DNA of 64,000 nt. Origin: Aplysia californica. Its lineage: Eukaryota. Each line of letters begins with the position of its first letter. Positions within the stretch are counted from its first letter, which is position 1. The notes under the pieces were generated by a model. It did not search any database. It had not been told where the DNA came from and worked only from the letters and a program-made list of their open reading frames with translations. Positions 13,101 through 25,763 of the stretch are shown piece by piece. The stretch spans positions 800,056-864,055 of the forward strand of contig NW_004797318.1 in NCBI RefSeq assembly GCF_000002075.1, written 5' to 3'. Both the position numbers and the translations under genes were made by a program.

Positions 13101-16100
13101 AAACTATTTACATTTTTCCTCACTCTTTGATCACCAGACGCTATGTGCAACAACCCCAATGATCTTCACCTTGTGACTGCCTGCATCACACGTATGTACA
13201 ACACCTTAAAAGCCACAGTACCTAATAAGTACCGTATAATTATGTTTACACATGTTGTTTTTTAGATCAATTATAACAGTTTATTTAATGAGTTCAGGTC
13301 GGAAATCTGAGTCTAAGGGTAAAACATCCAGCAATGGTGGTATCCAACTTTTGTTTTCATTTGGAATTTATTTAAAAAACTTTTTGCTAACTTTACTTTA
13401 AAACTGAACAGGTGTTTATTGTTTTGAGAGTACTAGATGTACTCGTAAAGATTTCACCGATTTCTAACTTCTAATACTGTTGTTAACTTTTTTTCTCTTT
13501 CAGATTTCAACACTACATATGATGAGAAAGGAGTACCATTTCCTGTGATTTATGGTATAGGTAAGATGGGTGGAATTCAAGATAAGTTTTTTAAAAACTC
13601 TTATCCTGCGTCTTGTGCTGAGATGCGAATCTTATCAGTAGCCTCTTACTTGGGACATTCCGGGCGGGCCGCCGGGGTCAGTCAGCATGTACTGTTGGTG
13701 AACAGCGAGCGGCACTGGAAACATGTGTTTTCTCCGTGAATACCGTGGGAGTGTGTTAATCAATGATGAAAATAATACTCTATCTTTTATAGCTTTTTCT
13801 TTTTACGAAGTGTTACGAACACATGAACATAACCCTCTCTCTCTTAAGCTGATAAGACATTACGAGTAGTTACACCCATTCAAATAACCTTTTTAGACGC
13901 TCTTGTAGTTACGAATGATCTTGGGTTCGAAAGGGGATAATATAGGTTAAATTCCGAATGTTTTACTCTCAAATAGTTCTTTTTATGTGTGTTTTCTTCT
14001 CTCCCTTTGATAGTGATCACTTATAGGCCTAGTATAGTCTGTGGCAAAAGGACAAATGAGATACTTCATTTAAAACACTGTTTTAACAGGGTGAGTAAGA
14101 ATAGTTAAGTTGATTGTTTTTCCTGTAACTTGTAACGATAGAGATGCTTCAACTGAACTTTGACTGTGTTGTTTACAAAACATTGATAAAGCAAAGTGTT
14201 TTCTTTCCAGCATGTGATGTGAAGACGGGTGAGATTTTCCGAGCCAAATTCACAGACAAAGGTCCAGATCAAAGTCTGAGAAGTGCCAGACACTTCACAG
14301 GAGGCCGTGAGGTGGGTGTGGATGAGACTTACAGTTTGCTGTAACCTTGTTGCTGTCAATAATTTGGTCATATAATCATGATGATGATGGTGTTATACTC
14401 TAACCACATAAAGTCAGGCACAGTTAATGTAAACGAAGAAAACTCAAAATCACACATAATTTGTACAATTTGCCATTCCCTAAACTTCCCAAGCAACCAG
14501 TCAAATCGAGTTTACATAGAAGGATCAGCAACTGAAGCAGTCAGAAACGGAGGTGGAGGTATCTACATAGAGTGGATAGATGGGTCAATAGAGAGCTATT
14601 CCATCCCTACACGATCTCTTTCTTCCAACTATACAGCAGAAACATCAGCACTCAAAACAGCAGCCACCATTCTCTTGCATCACCAAAAATCTAAAGCCAA
14701 CACCATCATCCTCACAGATGCCAAATCTGTCCTACAAGCTCTCCAAAAGCCACAATCTGCTCAAGTACAACAACTCCTTTCTCTCCTATGTGATCTAAAC
14801 TCCCAAGCCAACACAACTCTGCTGAGGATACCAGGTCACTGTGCCATTCAATTAGAATCTGTCTTTCGGTATTCTTAGAATATGTGTGAGGACATAATTC
14901 CCATAGACTTTTACTTTTAGAGGTCTAGTTAATTTTAGAAGTGTTTTAATTTGTAAAAGTAGGCCTACATAATACAAAGTTCCTGTTGTGTGGCCAATGA
15001 AAACGTGTTTGAAGTCAGTGAGAGTGAAGTTTTTAAATGCTCCCAGAAATTCATGTTCATGCGTTGATATTGAATTTTTTGTTGTGAGAAATTTTTCTAA
15101 TGTGATCAGTGGACATTGTAATTGAGAAAGTAGTTAAAATGGCATTTTCTTCTGGGGTGAATTTTAGTTTAATTTCAAATGGTATGTTCTTTACATGTTG
15201 AATTTGAATTTCACTTACGAAACTCTTCTTTGGCTCCAACAAGTCATTCGTTTTGACCACTGTATTGTAAGGCTGTTTCGCGTCACCATGAAACGTCCAC
15301 TCATCTCCCCAGAACATTGTGATCTATGACAGTGAGTCAAAGCAGCTTGCGATTGGTCCGTTTGGCTATGATCAACTTTCCAATCTAGATGTCTTCTTGT
15401 CCATGCCCAATAAGGCCATCCGTCAAGTGAGTTTTTGTTCATTATATATAGTGATAGCCATACGTTCCTCCCTTCTGCTGAAAAAAGAAGTAGAAAAAAA
15501 ACAGCCACTTTTCATGAGTCTTTCTCTCAAATGTTTTATTTTCATAAGGAAGGAAGAAAGTATGCAGTGAAATCTGCTTGAACAAAGATTTCCAGGACGA
15601 CCAGATTTTCTTCTGTTCATCTGTGTTTTCGGTTTTGGTGAGGTTACTCAAACAGAAGAAAAAAATTGGGGATTCTACTTTCTTTTGGTTCATCATTGTT
15701 TTTGGATTAACTGTGTTCAGTTTAAGCAGACTCACTGTATTTCAACATTTGAACATGCTTCTTTGAAATATTCTTTTATATAATATAAGGGAGCCACCAA
15801 ATCAACAACCATTGAAACATCAACTCTTGAAGTCCTTCTAAAAATCTGCGTCACATGCATGTTATCAAACAAAAGATCTGGATCAAACACTGTACTCTGA
15901 TTTTTGTCTTCCTTGAGGGTTGAGGACTTTTTAAAGACAGCATTCACAGCTTGCTGATTCTCTTTTGACTGCAGTTGATAAAATTGAAACATCTTTGTCT
16001 CTAAGCTGTCTCCTAAATTGTTCCACCCAGTCAAGAAGAAAATCAAATACAATTCCTTTTCCAAGGGTTATGGGTATTTAAAAGACAACGACCATAGCTT

Positions 16101-16386
16101 GCTGATTCTCTTTTGTCTGGAGTTGAAAAAACATCTTTGTCTCTGAACTGTCTCTTAATTTGTGCCACCTAATCAAGTAGAAAATACAATATTACGATTC
16201 CTTTTCTCTCCGTAGTATCTGTCCACATCACCAGCCCAGGAGCCTGAGGGCTTTGAAGAGAATGTCAGAGCTTCGCTGTTGCAGATGAAGAACTTTCCCA
16301 ATCCCCTCAGCTCGTTTTTCTCCAATGGGAAGCCAAGAACATACAAAAAGGACCCAGAGACAGGGGCATGGATTTTGGTTCAGTGA
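6009..16386 (+). CDS. NTAN1: Protein N-terminal asparagine amidohydrolase, 10 coding exons, 309 aa
   Basis: Exons 6009-6089, 8174-8276, 10249-10314, 11257-11365, 12023-12096, 13138-13191, 13504-13560, 14211-14311, 15313-15426, 16216-16386. All introns are GT-AG with compatible phases; total 930 nt. Motifs match NTAN1: MPLFIKG, VGPKGLLYIGQRE, LGSEDATTCH (catalytic Cys), EVHLVGGF, FPVIYGIA, DKGPDQSLRSAR, LSTSPAQEPEGF. Confidence 0.97.
6186..6268. repeat. Imperfect palindromic (AGATCT)n array
   Basis: gatctagatctagatctagattagatctagatctag... Confidence 0.9.
8174..8276 (+). CDS. NTAN1: NTAN1 exon 2
   Basis: tag|GAA...GATG|gtgaga; ESSQDLLGQQIREVGPKGLLYIGQREVAGTSPAD. Confidence 0.95.
9125..9642. 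mobile_element. Tc1/mariner-pogo-type MITE, TA target site
   Basis: TA|CTGTGGAAACC ... GGTTTCCACTG|TA. Confidence 0.7.
10085..10133. repeat. (TA)n microsatellite
   Basis: Direct reading. Confidence 0.95.
10249..10314 (+). CDS. NTAN1: NTAN1 exon 3 (catalytic DATTCH)
   Basis: cag|AT...TCAG|gttttg; VISVLGSEDATTCHIAVLRHS. Confidence 0.95.
10450..10832. mobile_element. pogo/Tigger-like MITE, right part; a related copy's left end and interior lie at about 3773-4450
   Basis: Right end gcaggttcggctg|ta mirrors tatagccgaacctgc at 3773; interior similarity between 4260-4445 and 10455-10630. Confidence 0.6.
11257..11365 (+). CDS. NTAN1: NTAN1 exon 4
   Basis: tag|GA...GCAG|gtaagc; SGATSLIHFDGSS. Confidence 0.95.
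12023..12096 (+). CDS. NTAN1: NTAN1 exon 5
   Basis: cag|A...TTAG|gtaagt; FEVHLVGGFLD. Confidence 0.95.
13138..13191 (+). CDS. NTAN1: NTAN1 exon 6
   Basis: cag|AC...ACAC|gtatgt; DLHLVTACIT. Confidence 0.93.
13504..13560 (+). CDS. NTAN1: NTAN1 exon 7
   Basis: cag|AT...ATAG|gtaaga; FPVIYGI. Confidence 0.94.
14211..14311 (+). CDS. NTAN1: NTAN1 exon 8
   Basis: cag|CA...GAG|gtgggt; DVKTGEIFRAKFTDKGPDQSLRSAR. Confidence 0.94.
14470..14850 (+). mobile_element. RNase H fragment of an I-group (I/Nimb/Ingi-like) LINE in NTAN1 intron 8
   Basis: YIEGSA (from YTDGS), NGGGG, SNYTAE, LTDAKSVLQAL, IPGHC. Confidence 0.85.
15313..15426 (+). CDS. NTAN1: NTAN1 exon 9
   Basis: cag|AAC...CAA|gtgagt; IYDSESKQLAIGPF. 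Confidence 0.94.
16216..16386 (+). CDS. NTAN1: NTAN1 exon 10 (terminal)
   Basis: tag|TAT; YLSTSPAQEPEGFEENVR...GAWILVQ*. Confidence 0.95.
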   Translation, partial: YLSTSPAQEPEGFEENVRASLLQMKNFPNPLSSFFSNGKPRTYKKDPETGAWILVQ

Positions 16387-17902
16387 TGTAATGCAGACTG
16401 TGAATTTTGTTTGTTTCCTGTAGTTTCAGTTGTAATATTAATACTAGTTAGATCTCTCCGTCTTTCAGTTTCTGATGCCTTTTCAAAATATAATTTGCAA
16501 GGTCGGCTGAGCTGTCCTGAAGAAAAGTTTACTTTCTCATAAAAAGTTTTTAAAAGTTACCTCTAAGAGGTCCGTCAAATTTTCATATATATATATATAT
16601 ATAGCTTGTGTTCATGTTACGTTAAAACTTGATTAAGTGTTCATTTTTAGGTATACAGGATGGACCCAGGGTATCATGAGTCTATTGACATGATATTGTT
16701 GAAAACAATGCTCATTCATATTCATACTATCATACTGACTTGTCGTTGTACAGCATGTTTTCTAAACTTACTTATGTAAAGTAGGCTTGGCTTCTTCCTC
16801 TTCTTCATTCTAAATAACTGTCACCATCAATCAGATGGTGCACATAAACTATGCCGTCTGCTTTAGATACAATAAGCTGTCAGTTTTCTCTCCAGTGGTG
16901 TAGCATATTGCCATGTCTATGCTCTTAGGGTTAAAGGTTGGGAAAATCTAGACACATTTTTGTAAAGCTAGCATTTATTATATTTTCCTCTCTAACTCTT
17001 ACTTTAAAGTTGGATTTTTTCCATATTCTCCTTTCTGCGACTAGTTGCTCAGCCTCTTCATAGCTGCTGATCTATAATATAGGTCCCTCATCTTTTTAAG
17101 TGCTGTTTTAAAAGGTAAGAAATTTCTTCTTTTTTTAAAATGAGATTTTTCCACTTTTACTTTTACGTCATACTTTTAGTTATAGTCAGCATGTTTATCC
17201 ATAGGTACCTGTAGCAATATGAACGTTGTCTATGGAGCAATTAATAGAGCAGCATTGGCCATATGGTTCCCTAAATTTGATTTTTAAACTCAGTGCTTGA
17301 ACATGTAGGTTACGAAGGGTTGTCAGTTTTTTCTCTTTCCAGCTTTCATTTTCACTCTCTTTTATTCCATATTTGATAGACTTGCAAATCATAACACGAT
17401 GTAATAAACTGTTCTGATGTAAAATGTCTCCCATTGGTGTTTGGTGGTTCTGGTCATCATCCCTGTGATATATGCTTGTATGTATTTTTTGTTTAGTCAG
17501 TGCACTGAGTTTTGACTTTACTTGAAGTAAAGAAAAGCACATTAACACAGTAAGTCATTTAGTGCCTGGGAAAAGCAAGATAGACGTACAGAAAAAAAAG
17601 AGGGGAAAGAAAGAAGTAGGACCCACCAGTGGCAAAACTTTCAACCATGAGCTAAGTGTGCTGTTAGGTTTAGGGTTTTGTGGGGGAGAGGATGGCGTTT
17701 TGAAAATGTTTTCCACCTCCATCGATACAATTTAGATCACTTAAAGGCGCGTTGCTTCGACTGTGCCAGTTATTGTCAGTACCAACCTGAGCTGAGTGGG
17801 ATACATTTGTACATCTCGGCAGACAAATGAAGATACTGTATAATGTACTCTACTCAATGAAAAAATCCTCCCCGCACAGGAATCTAACGCACCATATCTT
17901 CT

Positions 17903-18097
17903 GTTTTAGTTTTTTTAGTTTTAGTAGAGGTTTTACGGCGCTCGCAACTGCATAAGGTCGTATGAGTGCCAGAAGCTTAGATTAGAGGTGTTACAAGAGA
18001 GTAACAAACATAAAAAAGGAGAAGTGGAGATAAGGATGATAGATGTTTCATAGGAAAGAAGAAGCAAACCACACCAGAGCACCCGCCAACCACCCAC
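17903..18097 (-). mobile_element. Short retroposon / LINE 3'-UTR repeat family. Other copies near 12812-12972(+), 12975-13095(+), 18736-18910, 18915-19068, 19482-19620, 30017-30078, 35840-36012
   Basis: Shared ggtggttggcgggtg...ttcctatcaaacatct...ttgtaacac...tatgaccttatgcagttgcgagcgccgtaaaac plus (ACTAAA)n tail. Confidence 0.8.
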
Positions 18098-21000
18098 TAT
18101 CTTCTGTGTGCAACAACACAAATGTCTTCTTTTTTAAGTACCATGTAGGATTTACAGAGTGATACTTGTAATGTAAGAATAATGAACGTAGCAGCAACGT
18201 TGAAGAAACTATTTTAAAGGGTATACAGTACAGTATAATACAGATAAGTAGAACACTGAAGACTCGAAATCAGGCATCTGTCGAACTGTGCCTGCGATTC
18301 TGTTTTCTTTTCTTTTTTTATCTTTGTAAGATATCCCTCGAACTGCCAAGGCCGGTCCTGATGAATTCGAGCTATCCGTGTTATACTGTATTTTCTCATG
18401 GGAAAAAAACTGTTACTTCAGTTAGTATCATGGTGAACAATGGAGCGGATGGCCCTGGTTTAAATCCCAAGGCATAAAGGTGTTCTTCAACTCAGGTTTT
18501 TTGTGGATTTTAAAGGTCTTCAGTCCAATTGGCTTGTCTCAGCAGAGATGGACAGTAAATTCAAAGATCCAACCTCTGAATAACTGGTGTTAAGACGGGA
18601 CTTAAATCCTTACTTTACAAAACTAACACAATCCTTGTCTCAAGAAAAGGTTCTTCTATCCGAGCACCTTTCCTTACGTACTTTTAATAATGATTAGCCA
18701 ATCCTCTCAGAGTTGGAGACATGTTTAAGTAAGAGTTTAGTTTTTAGTTAGCATTTCAAGGCACTTGCAACACAATTGGGTCTTGTAAGTGCCTAAGATA
18801 TGGGGTGTTACAAAAGAATAAAAAACACAAAGAAGGAGAGATAAGGACGATAGATGTTTGGCAGAAAAGAAGGATTAAACCACAGCATAACATCCACCAA
18901 CCATCCACTTAGTAAAGGTTTTTACAGCACAAGAAACACAATTTGGTCTCATAAGTGATTAGAGGCTCTTACTATAGGGTACTATACAGAGAAAAGCAGG
19001 AGAAATAAAGACAGTAGATATTTGATAGGAAAGAAGGAGCAAACATCAGAGCACCCGCCAACCACCCATGGAATAATATCAAGTTCCAGGTCCTGTAGTA
19101 AAGTTGCGAGTTTCAAAAATTAAGTATTTAAACTTTTTCTAGAAGAAAACATCTCTTCCACTCCATTCGCTCAACTCAAACTGCCCTGAAAAAGAAAGGA
19201 AGTTGTTTCCTTGTGCTGGAAACAATTTTTGTAAGTTTTTTTCTTATGAGCAAAAAATTGCACTAGACCTCCAGATTTGGCTCTTCAGAGGGTGACCCAT
19301 TTCTCCCCTACTGGGTCACTAGAGAAATCAAGAATTTCTTGTGTATCCTTAGACTCGAGGCGTAAAAAAAAAAGCAGTGACTTTGCGGAAGGATACTGAC
19401 ACTGATAATGTAAAATTCACAAACAAATCTTAATCAAACGCAGATGAAGGTGACAAAATAGACCATCAACTGCTAAAACCAGTTTTTAGTTTAGTAAGCA
19501 TTTTACAGCACTTGCAACACAATAAGGTCATATAAGTGTCGAAGATTACAGGTATGACAAGTAAGAAGGAGGACAGAAAAGGACGATAACAGTTTGAAAG
19601 GAAAGAAGGAGCAAACCACCGATTGTTTAAAAAATGAAATCAAATTCAAATATCTGATAAATCAAGTTTAATTTCCAAATATTCCATAAATAAGTTTGAA
19701 CTTTTCAATCACGTCACAGAATAAATATGCGCATAAATTAAACAAATATTATTACAATTAATCTTTGAGAAGTACCATACTCAACATTGAATTCACCAGG
19801 CCTTTACTTTGTGACAATGAGAACATGAACATGGTCAACTTTTACACTATATATTTTCAACAAAAGACGGCGAAACACAGGCGAGTTCAACGGATAAATG
19901 AACACATCAGACCAAGGTGCTGCAAACACGAGTCTTAAAAAAACAGAATTTCTCATTGTAAAACTAGTTTCAAGCAACAGTAAGACTGTCAATACAAATG
20001 TAATCTCAGCGCAACATCAGAACCTCTCTAATCTATGTAGTCCACATTTTAACTTTCATCTCCAACAACACATGGCCAGAATGAAAAGAAACCTAGGCCT
20101 TCACTAACAATTAGAATAAGCTTGATTCCAAACGTCTAGACAATGTGACTCCTTTGTACTTGGGAGTACTTCGTCTTGTACTTGGGAGTACTTCGTCTTT
20201 GTCTACCACCCAGGCAAAGTTGTATCATGCATTTTACTTTAAGAAAAAGCCAACTGACTAGTCCTTCTGGTGATGGTGAGGAGGAGACAACCCAGAACTG
20301 TGAGTGAGAGTGCTGGAGAGGACTGGGTACACAACAACAACAACACAATTGTCAACTGTTTGTTCTTGTAATGCTAAGACGCACAAGACTACATAAAACA
20401 ACCACAGCAGCAAATAAAACAGTTTCATCATAAATAGAAAGCATGACAAAAACCTAAAAAATAAAACGGTAAGAACAAACATAGCTTTAAAAGGGCCCAT
20501 AAGGCAAGCCCACTGACCACATTAAGTAAGGTCTTTGGGGGGGACGTACAACAATGCACCCCATTTAGTGAAGATAAAAAGTCTTCCCTTTTCCCTTTGG
20601 CAAGAAAAAAAGTGGGTGAAATTGAACAGGTAATAATAATAATAATTAGATCTAGATCCCAATAACTCTGTTAAAAAGGGTTTTTAAAAGAGTGCCTTTG
20701 TTGCTTCATGTCATGCGCCTCTTCATGGCTCGAGTAATTTTGATTAAATTTTTGTCGACATTTCAAATAATCATACAAAGGAAAGTATGACACATATAGA
20801 AAATCTGTTTTCACCTCAATAAAATACAACATGAAAATCATAAAATTATACGTGTCTACAGTTATCCGATAATGATTGTTCTAAAACACCTTTAAAATGC
20901 CAGCAGTGGGGATTAACTTGAGATTTTAACACCTGGCAGTCAATTAGTTAACAACAAAAAACGAGTTCTTTATGCACAACACAAAAACTATAAAGAAACA

Positions 21001-21490
21001 TAACATAGCGAGCCTACAGCACTGACGACACAATAGCCCCATTAACACTCTCCTTGCGGAACGCACATTTACCTGCATTAGGCAGCCTTACTATTCATTG
21101 CACAACACACGCCAGCATGTTCTATCTGCTCCGTAGGTAGGCCTACCTAGTTTTGAGAAATTTTACATTAAAAATTTTGAGTTTCAAAGCATGTCAAGTT
21201 TTTTCAAAAGCAATTCTTTGAATATCTTGACTCCACTCTAAATTATCTTATGATTTTGATAGTGACAGTACACTTTGGTTTCTGGCCTCATGGTCTTAGT
21301 AACTCCATATGGCCAAAAATGTCAGCAGACAGAACTTTGCCATTCTAAGGAAGCGTTGTCCTATAAAAATGGTACAGGTTTAACGCCCCTATCAACACTA
21401 TTAGATTATTTGAGAGGCGGGACCTCCGAGTTTTATGTCCATCTCCGAAAGGACAGGGCCAAATGGGACATGTGTAAAGTGAATTTCCAG

Positions 21491-23060
21491 AGGACACAAT
21501 GTAGATCGAAATGCAGCTGACACACTGACAGAAGCTTTCAAGGAAATGTTTGATGATTCTTTAATTGCAGCGAAATTCTCTTGAAAGCGCACAAAGGCCA
21601 CTGCTATGGTCAAATACATTGCAAAAATTCACAAGGACACCCTTATGGAAAGGATGAAGACCAGCCCATTCTCACCCGCAACAGATGGTTCAAGTGACTC
21701 AAATGTGAAGCTTTATCCCATTGTTGTTCGAACACTTAATGTGAAGATCTGTGAAGTTCATTCAGAAGTAGCGTCTTTACCTGTCCTTGATGTCTCTGGC
21801 ACAGGAGAAAACATTTTTAATCTGTTGGATGCTCTGCTTCAGGAAGGAGACATTCCATGGACCAACTGTGTGTCATTTGACTGTGACAATGCAAGTGTCA
21901 TGACTGGTGTGCACAAGGGAGTGTTTTCATTTATCAAGAAGAAGAACCCTGAGTGTTTCCTGTCTGGGTGTACTCTACATTTAGTTCACTTAGCTGCTGA
22001 GAAAGCTGCAGATAAACTGCCATCTTCCCCTGCTGATCTTCTGGTCGACATCTACTATCATATGAAGAAAAGCAGTGTTCGCCAAATGAATTTAGGGAAA
22101 TATCAAGAGTATTATGGCAAGGAACAGCAGTGAGTCTTGAAGAATGTGAGCACCAGATGGCTCAGCATTGCCCGATGTCTCAAGAGGTTGGTTGCTGACT
22201 GGCCAGCCTTGAGAGATTCTTTTAATTTTAAAGAGGAAAAAGAGAAAAATACAAAACCAGGAACAGCTGCTAACATGAAGGCATCCTCAATTTATGAGAA
22301 CTTATGTTCCCACACAACTCGTCTCTGAGCTCTGTTCTTGATGTTTGCTGTGAAGACTTTCCAACCTTTTCTCACCAAGCACCCGTCAGAGGCCACTCAG
22401 ATCAAAAGTCTTCATGAGAATACCAACAGGCTCATGAAAGAAGCCCTTCAAAAATTTGTCAAGCCAAGTGGCATGATATACAAATCTCCGTCTGAAGTTG
22501 ATTACAAGTCAGCGTACAATCTGAAAGATCACAAGGACATCCAAGTTGGATCTGAAGTGGAGACATTCTTGAAGGAGAAAAATATCTCAAGAAAGAAGAA
22601 GGATGATTTCTTCAAATCTGTTATCTCCTATTATCAGTCAGTCTGTGACTATCTTAAGGACAACCTGCCTCACACCAATTCATTCTTGAAAAAAGTTGCC
22701 TCAACGAACCCCAGCAGGTTTGTTGAAAATGGTGCCATAGACCATTTAAAGGGACTGATGACAATGTGGCCTATTCTTATTCCAAGTGGCTCAACTCAAG
22801 ACGAGGTGGTAAACCAACTCCAATCACTTCAAATTGTGTTGCTGGAGAAAGAATCCCTGCCATCACCTTCAGATGATATTGGCCTATTCTGGGGCAAGCT
22901 GGCTCAACAGGAGGATATCAGGCCTGCTTGTCATGCCCCACTCATCTGCCAGCTGTGAGCGAGTCTTTTCCTGTGTTAGAAAATTAAAAACAGACCAGCG
23001 CTCACTGATGGGGGATCAACTACTAGAGTAGAGGCTCTCATTATCTGCAACCACATGCCT
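21491..23060 (+). pseudogene. Degraded hAT-superfamily transposase
   Basis: Motifs KRTKAT, TDGSSD, DNASVMTG, GCTLHLVHL, STRWLS, PHSSASCERVFS. In-frame stops at 21582, 22131 and 22326 plus a frameshift near 22920. Confidence 0.9.
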
Positions 23061-25628
23061 GGATCTGCAGTTTTCACCTGAAATGATCGCCTACCTCAAG
23101 GGCTCTTCCAGCAGCCAAAAAGACTAAACCAACAGCCTCACTTTGGGTAGCAGGACAGACATGACAAGTATCAAGCTGTCAAAGGGAGTTGAGATGCCCC
23201 TTTCCCACTGTTAGTCTCATCTGCCGGCCACCATTTCACTTGCTCAAAGGTAAGTTCAGTGTTTCTGTTACTAATTTCCATTCAAAAGTTAAAACATTTC
23301 AATGATAACAGTCCTGACTAGAACGGAAATTTTGATCTTGATTCCAATTCTGATCATGATCAAGAAAACAGTGGCGTAAAAGAATAAGTTGACACCGGCA
23401 AGTCTGCAGTGGCGAAAATCGGACCCCGCACCGACCTGAATAGATTCACTAGACTAGAGGGACTCGTTCACTCACTGGTGTGATCAACAAGAGACCGAGT
23501 CGGTCGGGTAGTAGAACAGTGGCCACTCGGGTGTTTTGCGGACCTAGATCTTGAGAAGAACAGAAATCATCATCATTCAGAAGGGGGCCCCCTGTCTTCA
23601 TTACCCAGCTTCATCAAAAGAATCTGCTTCTACCAGGTGAGCAAAGATTCTACAAAAACCAAGAGGAAGAACGAGTCGATGAGCGCGAAGGTAAATATTA
23701 AATATGATTCTAGCTACATGTTTACTTTTCCTGACTGTGCTGTCTTGCTCTTGTTTTGAAACACTGCAGATTATATCTCTACATGCACCTGCTTTCTTAT
23801 ATTTTTGTTGTTATTTTAGATTAGGATGTCATTTTAAAAGTGACCATACCGTTGCCCTAGCCTCAAGTCTAAAATTCAAAGGTTTATTCAACAATTTGGT
23901 CTTATCTTTACGCATCTTATTAGCATTGATAACACTAGCATAGCCCCATCCAAAACCTCTTTGTAAAGCATTTCAAATAGCTGAGCACTATCAAAATTGT
24001 TTTTCAGTTTTTCTCCCAAATTCATTAAAGCCAGATCTAGATCTACTTACTACTACCAGAGAAGGAAAGTGGAAGATATTCAATTGGAAAAAAACCCATA
24101 TTTAATCTTCCTACGGATGAACGATTGCAACAAATATATTTCTAATAAAAAAAGGATCTTTCTCATTTCTGACAGATCTGAATGATTGCTTCTCAGTTAT
24201 GAAATTACCAGTTCCAGTCATCCCTACTTGTGAGCAAGGTAAGAAAAAAAAATCTTCCTTCTATATTATGCAATCTTTTACTCTCTCTCAAAATCTTTTT
24301 CCTTCAAATAATACCCTCACACATAGTCTACTTGGAAAGTCCATTCATTTCTCTTCAAGAAAATATATACTTTGTTATACTTTTGACTTCATTCAAGAGC
24401 ACCAAGGACCAATAAAAATAAGGGATGTCACCTATGATTTCTTGCGGTTCCGGGAAAATTTTCCAGGATATGGGGAGTCACAGTGGTCAGCAGTGAAGGG
24501 GTTAAATTAGAAGGCTTGCTTATTTGATTTTTGTTTTGCTATGATTGTTTAAAAAAATATAGAGGGGTGCTTTTGCGAAGTTGTCCCTTCTCTTAGGGAA
24601 CAGGAAAAGCCTTCCTGCCAGGCCTGGAAGGTGCAATTGGGTTAAGAATGTCAGTTTGAACAGATACATTTTTCTCAGCTTCATTTTTAGTTTTAAAACA
24701 TATTTTGTAATATTTAACTTTGTTGAAAAATAAATACCGATTGGTAACAACTTTGCTTTATTGACATAGTGGCTATGCAAACCTCTGTCATTGTGAGAAA
24801 TTGTAAGTCGATAGCACCATAAATAAGGAAGTTAGGCCTACTGGCGTAATTGTAACATAAAAACTAACTGACTAATTGAACAATTCTCCTCGTAACTGCT
24901 AAGTAATGCGTGGGGGACAGTACAGGGGTAAAGATTCTCAAATCAATTCTCTTTCCAATTCAATCCAGATAATTTCAGCAGCAGGAAAATTGACTTCAAA
25001 TTCTTCTTTTTTAAAACATGTCAAAAGGCTGTGTTTCCAGCTAATTGCTTGGCTTCTAGCAGAGCGTGCGGAGAACTGAACAAAAAAAAAAAACATGTCC
25101 GCAAGGAGAGTGTTAAAAACCCACATTTCTGGAGTCTCCGTAAGTCACATTTTCTCACTTAAGTCTCTGGGCAAAGTCATTCAACTGGTAGCCGAGTCCT
25201 TCTATAAAACCACTTCTGGCTTAGGAATTTCAACCTCTGTAATCCAGCTGTGAGATTAGTGCGTTCTTCAGTCTGGGAATTTCATAAATCCTTTTGTCTG
25301 TGATCGAGATAGGGTGGGGGGGAGGGGGGGGAACCCAGGACGACCAATCCATGGTCTGTTTACTTTCAGAGATAATCTTATGGGGTTCTATCATAGAACT
25401 TACTAAAAAGGTAGATAAAAATAAAATGCCAACAGCACAAGGACAGTAATTGTAATGGAAGCAAAAATCCAACAGAATCATTCGTCTCCAAATTCAGGAA
25501 ACTTTCTGAAGAACAACACTCAGTCTGAACACAACTCAACACATCCTTGTACACCCAAGCACCTGTCTAAAACCATGTGCTGCAAGTGGCACACAGCCTG
25601 GCTCAGTTCCCGATGCTCAGAAAAAAAC

Positions 25629-25763
25629 CTATCCATGTTTAAACCCAGGAGAGGTGCTGTAGTGCAAGAAATCCACAGGACTTTTCCCAAGGGACATGCT
25701 GATGTGGTCTGAGATCGGGTGATGCCCAAAGTCGTCTTCTTCAGGTAAGAAGTCATCTTCGTC
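25629..25763 (-). CDS. RRN3: RRN3 terminal coding exon
   Basis: cag|GAC; DEDDFLPEE...YSTSPGFKHG*; matches the recalled human EDEDDDFL. Confidence 0.9.
   Translation of the reverse strand, partial: DEDDFLPEEDDFGHHPISDHISMSLGKSPVDFLHYSTSPGFKHG

Noticed and set aside
13763-13852. Possible intronic C/D snoRNA (ATGATGA...CTGA) in NTAN1 intron 7
   Set aside because: No convincing terminal stem, D'/C' boxes or rRNA-complementary guide; such motifs arise by chance in AT-rich DNA.
14378-14878. 166-aa ORF as a nested host RNase H gene
   Set aside because: First catalytic Asp altered (IEGS), truncated after IPGHC, start comes from an (ATG)n run; a LINE remnant.
21582-22328. Three in-frame stops in the hAT ORF are all TGA (selenocysteine/readthrough or domesticated gene?)
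   Set aside because: There is also a frameshift before the C-terminal ERVFS motif, the N-terminus is missing and no SECIS is evident. Ordinary pseudogene decay explains it.
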